Assembly (NCBI GenBank): GCA_040954595.2
Contig: CM082593.2
Location: 2,559,434-2,623,433, forward strand
DNA: 64,000 nucleotides
Direction of reading: 5' to 3'
Origin: Balanoglossus misakiensis
Taxonomy: Eukaryota > Animalia > Hemichordata
The translations under genes were made by a program, and so were the position numbers. Position 1 is the stretch's first letter. Every line of letters starts with the position of its first letter. Shown here one piece after another: positions 57,304 to 64,000 of this stretch. Under the pieces are notes generated by a model. That model did no database searches. It was not told the origin of the DNA and worked only from the letters and a program-made list of their open reading frames with translations.

Positions 57304-57495
57304 CTCAAAGCGACCACACAGAATCTGTCAAAGATTTCGACAAAATAACGTCCACTGGGCTAAAAAAATAAAAAATAAATGCTCCGGAACTAGTACAAAA
57401 GGGAGAATACAGCCGCCATGTTGGATAACATTATTGCGCTTGCGCAGATTTTGAAATGGACTGACCTGAGCAACGAATGTTGTGATTGGCGGGCG
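57304..57495 (-). promoter_or_regulatory. Putative WAPL promoter and non-coding first exon
   Basis: Minus-strand donor GAG|gtaagt at ~57303, YY1-like CAACATGGCGGC (57412-57423) and CCAAT (57485-57489). The matching acceptor ctcaacag|GTTCC is at ~56603, upstream of the ATG. Confidence 0.5.
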
Positions 57496-60400
57496 TTTGA
57501 CCGAGTGTTCACTTGTCACTTGGTGGCAGAATTGCAGAACTGCGATACATGCAGCTCTTTCTGTACCATAGTCGTCGACACAAGTTGATTAATACAAGTG
57601 TAGTAACGGAAAAAGTACTCCCACAACGGGAAATTGAATAGTTAAACAGCGACGTTGGCCTGTTCGTTGGTAAAGTTGAAAGAGATGGCTTTTCTTTTAA
57701 CACAAACAATTCTCTGCTTGACATGGTAAATTTTAGATTCTTCTTTGTAAATATTGCCAAAAGTCAATCCATTTTACAATGCCGTTAGATCATTATGCAA
57801 TTGTGCATCGATGTAGTCAGAATACTCAAGTTATTTCAGCATCAAATTATAACTGAAATGTGTAGACTCATCAATCTTGCAAGTCGAACCTGTCACAATA
57901 AATCCATCCATCTCTGTGAAAATCCTTTGGGGTCACCCATCCGCCTCCTGCGAAATGAGAAAAGCTTTTTTACATCAGGACAATTAATTGTCTCCGAGGA
58001 AAGCCGGTAAAACTCAATACCTACATTCGCTTTCCGCCGTTGGTACGTCCATGGCTTCACATTGCTGTAATAAAAACTGCCGGAACGGCATCAGCTGAGG
58101 CTACAACTTGAGGCCTTGACAGAAAGTTCCTATGAGTTTGAACTATTGATGGCGCCCTACACATAAAACACTACATACCGCTGTCTTCTTTTTCCCATTC
58201 AGTTCGACGATTTCTCATAAAAATGGATAAGTTTGGGGTTTTAAAAGAGGTCACAGGCGTGACAAGTCATGTATCAGAGTTCCCCTTTAAATTTGCCTAC
58301 CAGGTTGGAAGGGATATAACTAGATGTTGGCCTACATGCATAGAGCACAAGTATTTTTTTACACTTGCATTATCTTTGATGTTGCTGTTGAATTTTCACC
58401 AGGTGTTCGCAAGTGCTTGTGTTGAATTTGCACTATAGCAACGCGTTTATTTCGATATAATTAGGAAGGGTACACTTCACCGGTGTTGGAGTTATATTCG
58501 TCTCGGGAGAATTGAGGCCTGATTCACTCGCGGTTTGATGATAGCAAACGGATCTCTGTAGTGTGGTGAGCTGCTGATGCCATGAAAGTGACGTCGACGT
58601 CACGGCACAGAAATAGAGCAGGCATGAAGGAAATTGCATAGTTGATCAAATATAAGTTGTCAGCGCGGATATTTCAGTACATTGGTAAATTAGGTTCGCG
58701 AGCAGGTGGTGAGATTTGGCTGGCAACTGTCCATAATAGGCCGCCATGGGAATCCCAATTCACAGTCGAATTCTGCTTTGCTGCAATATAATAGACTATC
58801 CATGAGGCGTTGCAAGAGATCAGCCAGTAAATTTTAAGAAGGGGTCAGAATGGATTAAAAATAAGCAAATGAGCAAATTTCGAAACTTACGATAACACCT
58901 CTAAAGCGTCATCAATGACGCAGTGAAGCATAATTTAAAGTCAAGGCGAGTGGAACATGATTCTTGACGGACGTCAAATGTAGCAGAATTTAAAGCTCAG
59001 TAGAGTGAAATGATTCTAGTCGATCAAGTTTGGCGCACTGTAATGTTTCGATTGAATTCGTCACCGGTCTCATTCGTTCAAAAGATAAGCGTAAACAGGC
59101 TAATCAGCTAAAAGGTCAGTTAAAAACACATGACGTATTTCAATAGACGGTATTGAAGAAAAGAAGAACACGCACGCAGGCCTATATAGCAGCTGGATGA
59201 ATTCACTGGCGCGTGTGTTGACACACACATACAGATAAATTGACTAGAAAGACTTGAGAATGTCTATCCGCATTAAATGGAGGACGTCTGTTTTCTTTGT
59301 AGAAACGCAAATGAGTTTACTATTACTGGTGTCAAAATAAGGTTTTAGCGCGTCTCAAATTAAATGGGACGCAGTCACGCGACGTGCTAAGTCCAGGAAA
59401 ACGATTCCACGTCTCCTGAAAACATCTGTTCAGTTTCTACAAGCAGTATCTGTACGTAAGCTCTTTCTTCATTTTTGCTAATAAATACATAGGCGACCGT
59501 ATACCTTTTTAATCAGAACAACCCGAACTCAGACGCTAGACCATGTTTCTTCATAATTGATAGCGAGAGAGGGCGCTTAGCGAGCAACCTGGGATGGTTG
59601 ACTGCTGATATTAGAATGAAGATGGACGGCTTGGAGCCCTGGGCTACCATTAAGCAGGAAAGAAAAAAATGAGGAAAATCTGACCTTAAACTTCTTTCCT
59701 CCCACTCCTCATCTCCCCGGTGGTACTTGGCGCAGCGGGAATTTCGGCAATTCATGTCTTCTTTTCTCGTTCCGATCAAGAAAATCGTCTTTCAGAAGAC
59801 CATGATGAAGAGTTCACGACGCCACTTTTCTACACACGAAACCGTGGCGATTTTTTTTCGTTCAAATGATAATCCGGCATAACTATGAACAAAAACGGGA
59901 TACACTTATTTTTCGTTTTCTTTTTTTTCTGGAGTTCAATTACCTCTGACGTGCTTTCCGACCTAATTAACATTAAGCCCCCCCCCCCTCATGCGTACCC
60001 CCTTTGGATATTAAATTAATGGCTCGCTCTCTGGTAATGACGTAAAACAACCCTGCCAGAAAAAAGGAAGTCACTGATTCGAAAATGTTGAACTCGAGCT
60101 GCTTGCTAGCTGGGTATTCGGAGACTTTTCGTGATACCAGGAAATGAGTTTAGGCCTGCGGTACCGCATGAGCTAAATGACAGTGCACGACATTGCCGCA
60201 GGCATTGGCGATGTAAGTACTCGAAATTATGTTGCAAAATAATTGAAAGTGGGTTTCATTGAATTATGGAAGTTATGAATTTTCCAAAGCAAAAGATTAC
60301 CGTTTGCGCATGCGAAGGAAATATTGCTTTGAAGGACAGACCTTATCTATTCAATTGAAAAATATCCAACACTACATGAAAACTGTATCGTAACAGAACT

Positions 60401-62401
60401 GTATATAATTTGGATACTTAGCCAAATTTATTTTCAAAACAAGGGAGCGATTTATGACCACTTGACTAGATCCAACACCAGAAAATGAACTATGGGCTTA
60501 TATCCCCATCTGCAGAATTACTTGAGTTTTAATAGCCTCATCACCATCGCTCAAAGATAAAGAGGTTATCACAACAGGGCCATGGAGATTTAGGAGAACA
60601 AATACAGATTGTCAGCTGTAATGATGCCACATCTTGAGTTTTGAGAAATCAATATTTCAGATATATACCACATCCGTAAAAAATAATCAAGCATGATTTC
60701 TACCAGAATAGCTTTTGGGCAAAGAAATGGGGTTGAGCTCGCGGGGATGGCCGCCTCTCCTCGCTCAATCACATATTCATCCGCGAGACTGTACTTAGTC
60801 TTATTGGCATCGCGCTTGATTGGCGCCTGCAGTATCACGACAGTGATTTTTGAAGCATTTTTAGATTGAGTGCAAATCTGTATTTATGCCCTTTAACTTC
60901 ACTGCTTACGTCACAACAGAGTGACTCGTTATCTTTCATGACTCGCCTCTGAACACGACCATCTTCTGATCTCGACAGCCCCTCAAGACTACTTCAAAGA
61001 TGCAATGTCCTTGCCAAGTTTACTTCAATTACTCTGTGAGTAAACTCAGATACGAGTTTCAATTTCCAGCACCGTCGCCAACCTTAAGCTTCTCGCCGCA
61101 ACAGCTTCAAGGGCATCGTCGTTTTGTGCTAAAATCTGATATTTTCGAGTCTCGAGCTCAGTGAACATGTCTTTGAAGCCATGCCTTTTGGCTGGAAGGA
61201 ATTTGCGCGAAAAGATTGAACGACAAAGATTAACAGACGACACGCACATACACTTTGGGAGAAAATTGCAAGGCTGCAGCTGACTAGAATTCGGGATCAT
61301 CTTCCTTTTCAAGTCTTTCTTTCCCGATCTTCTCAGTTCGAACAGAATTGAGCTCACGTTACGTTTCATTCGAAGGGTTCATGACAGACGCGTTCTCCCT
61401 ATCAACGCTAGCATCTCTCAATGAATATTCCGAAACGATCGGCTCTACATCGACATTCTTATCTAAACCCAACCCACACAACGAGACATTGTCGAGAAAC
61501 TGTATCTCCGGTCAAAGAACCGTCATTTCTGACGTGAACTGTCAGCTTCTTATTTTATATCACACCCGCCTGATATCCGATTTATTTCAGATACGCGGCT
61601 GTTTTGCCAATCTGCAGCCTCGCGTCTTGAGATCATTTCCAGAAGTCTTGTCAACAAGAGTATGTCACAACACGCTTAATGAGATGTTCAGAGTCATTCA
61701 ACTTTTGCAATCACATATCTGTGTTAGGCTGACATGGTGGTTTTCCGATAGACTTGGCAGATTATATTAATCATATCAGCAGAGGTTCTTGGAATCCGCG
61801 ATCATATAGTTTCAAGAAAGTTTTGAAGATGAAAATAGAATACCTGTCTGTCTGTCTGTTTCTATCTCCCCCCGCCCTTATTTCACACCCCCAGATTTGA
61901 TGCACTCCACGTCAATCTGCAATAAACCATTCTACTGTAATAAGCAATTACGACTGGATCCCGACAAACTGTCAATAACTTCTACAATATCAAATGAAAA
62001 AAAACTGTAACCTTATCAGCCAGAACGTTTTATTTCATAAAATGTCATCAGCTTACAAGTCGAGCAAAGTCCTGTATACATGCCATAGGTTCCATAACAG
62101 ACATAGTGAAATAGGAGCAACAATGCAATTTCTATATGGACTGTCAATCAGTGTATGATCGCACAGACAATTACCAAACGGGGACCACGCTAACTATATT
62201 TGATATGCACAAATTGCATCTCTATGCCTTGATTTCATAGCGCCAATTCTACAGGGCGAAAACTGAGTTACACAGACGAAAATATATCCAAGGCTGCCGT
62301 GATTTTGGTCTCTTTGCAGAGAGAAGTTGGAGCAGCAGGGTTCAGCATCCCGCGATATCGAAGTTACGAAGTGTGATGAGAACAAAATATTCGCAGAAAA
62401 C

Positions 62402-63086
62402 TTAAGGCCTCAGACGATCAGTTTCTCGGGGTCCCGAGCCAGACACTTCCACAGATCCAAAGTTGCAGAACTGACTGGGTTTCATGACGCTCCGAAAACC
62501 CCGGCGGAAGTTATTGCTATAATAGCCATACACGATAGGGTTAACGCTGCTCTGACAGAAAGCCAGCCAATGAGCTATAGGAATGACGTACAGAAACACG
62601 GTACGAAAGCTGTCCTGCGACATGGCGCCGAATTCCGCCAGCAGCACGCAGGCGTGTATCGGCAGCCATGATATACCGAATGTTATCACCACCACAAGAA
62701 TCATCTTGACGACTTTGATCTTCTGCTTTGATATGGACGCATGCGCTCTGTTGATGGCGGGTGTTTCTTCCGACGCGCCGGGGACGTTTCGTTTCCACAC
62801 CTTCCTGGCGATTCGTAGATATGCAATACTGATTATACCCAAAGGCATCAGGTAGGTTATTAAAAAGGTCAGACAGGTGTACGCGCGACGGTAGGAGCCG
62901 TTGGGCCACCCCGTCTCCCAGCAGAAATTCAGCCACAGCCCCGGTTTAGCTTCGTATGTTCCCAGCTGAAGCACAACTCCCTGTGGAACCATGATGACAA
63001 CAGCTAGCATCCAAATGGTGACGATGCACAAACAGGCTGTTTGGAATTCCATTCGTGGCCGGAGTGGGTTCACTATGTTGTTGTGT
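62402..63086 (-). CDS. Rhodopsin-class neuropeptide GPCR, NPFF/GnIH/SIFamide-receptor-like; last coding exon (end of TM3 to C-terminus), 5' exons not found in window
   Basis: Acceptor ttttatag|A at 63086. Motifs: TM4 IWMLAVVIMVP, ECL2 CWETGWP, TM5 YLMPLGIISIAY, KIKVVKMILVVVITFGISWLPIH, and TM7 AHWLAFCQSSVNPIVYGYYSNNFRRGF, which resembles the NPFFR TM7/helix 8. Confidence 0.85.
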
Positions 63087-64000
63087 CTATAAAATAACCG
63101 AACACAACCAATCAAATATCAAAGAGACAGTGCCCCTTATGGTAGAATGTGCCACGATAATCTAAGTATTAAACATTTTCTCACATTTTTTACATAAGAA
63201 CGGAATACGGGCACTTTACCATGACACAGTACAGATAATTCTTTCCCCATATCCACACTTCAATAAGATCCATTTCTTAAAACTTCAAAGCAAGAGCATT
63301 TTCGTTAAAACACGCTTAAGGGAGTTGGGCAAGAAACTTCAACCGATGTGAGGAGCACACAAAATATTCAAAAACAGGCAGAGGTTACAGCTAATAGAGA
63401 TTTACTGCGGGCTGTGTTTCAAACCAGACTTGTTATTGCAAGCACGCAATCCCTTCAGAGCGAAGGCACTGTACCTTATATAATGCCTCAACATGATGCA
63501 CGCGGCCCATTCAGCCATTTTGTTTGGATCCCTGAAAACACCAGCGGGAGAGCATACTTTTTTCTAACGAGGATAGCCAACGCAATATCCTATGATTCAC
63601 CAGCCGAAGGGTTGCCCGCCGTGTCAAGAAAACGCGTTTTAAATTAATAGGGTTGACTGGGAAACGAGTGAAATTAGTGTTATGGGTAAGTTGGGATGCA
63701 ATTAATTCCGATGACTAATAGCTAATTGAGATAAATGACGATTAAATTCACAAGTTCGGTGGAATAAAAATAGAGTCATTACAAATTATCAATGGCCGCA
63801 ATTTCCAGCAAGGTTGATGGTTTAATGACTCCCTAGACACCATACCGCCATGTTTGGTCAAATCATGCGTTACTGATGACCTAAAACACTTCATTTACCC
63901 CGTTAATTTATTATCATCATAAAATAAAATCTAGATTTTACTTGCTATGTGTTCTTATTAGAGTGTTTAGCTCATCTTTTGTGGGTCCCTCCCATTGGCT

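Noticed and set aside
63760-63830. Minus-strand TLLEIAAID stretch as a possible GPCR TM3 exon
   Set aside because: No phase-2 donor after an Arg codon and it is flanked by stops; the upstream exon probably lies outside the window.

Overview
Animal genomic DNA with short GT-AG introns. The gene content suggests an invertebrate deuterostome, possibly a hemichordate (inference only). Bases 1-~18950 are a tandem satellite array of an 88-bp monomer (~215 copies). It switches orientation at 14294/14295, forming a multi-kb fold-back palindrome with a 16-nt spacer. It also contains a 704-bp (8-mer) higher-order duplication and a distinct edge variant. Directly beyond the array lie TM9SF3 (minus, 11 coding exons, 582 aa), a cluster of four intact alpha9/alpha10-like nicotinic acetylcholine receptor subunit genes (+,-,+,+), WAPL (minus, 15 coding exons, ~1211 aa) and the last coding exon of an NPFF/SIFamide-type GPCR (minus). 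The best candidates for undescribed biology are three. (1) The nAChR cluster: all four subunits carry Gln at pore position 16' and lack the 20' acidic ring, and two have a derived Cys-His-Cys at the Cys-loop. (2) Three tandem EHAY (HCF-1-binding-type) motifs plus a 10-aa repeat in the WAPL N-terminus. (3) The satellite inversion, which sits exactly at an intrinsic quasi-palindrome of the monomer. All gene models were built by hand from splice signals and reading frame; no database search was run.
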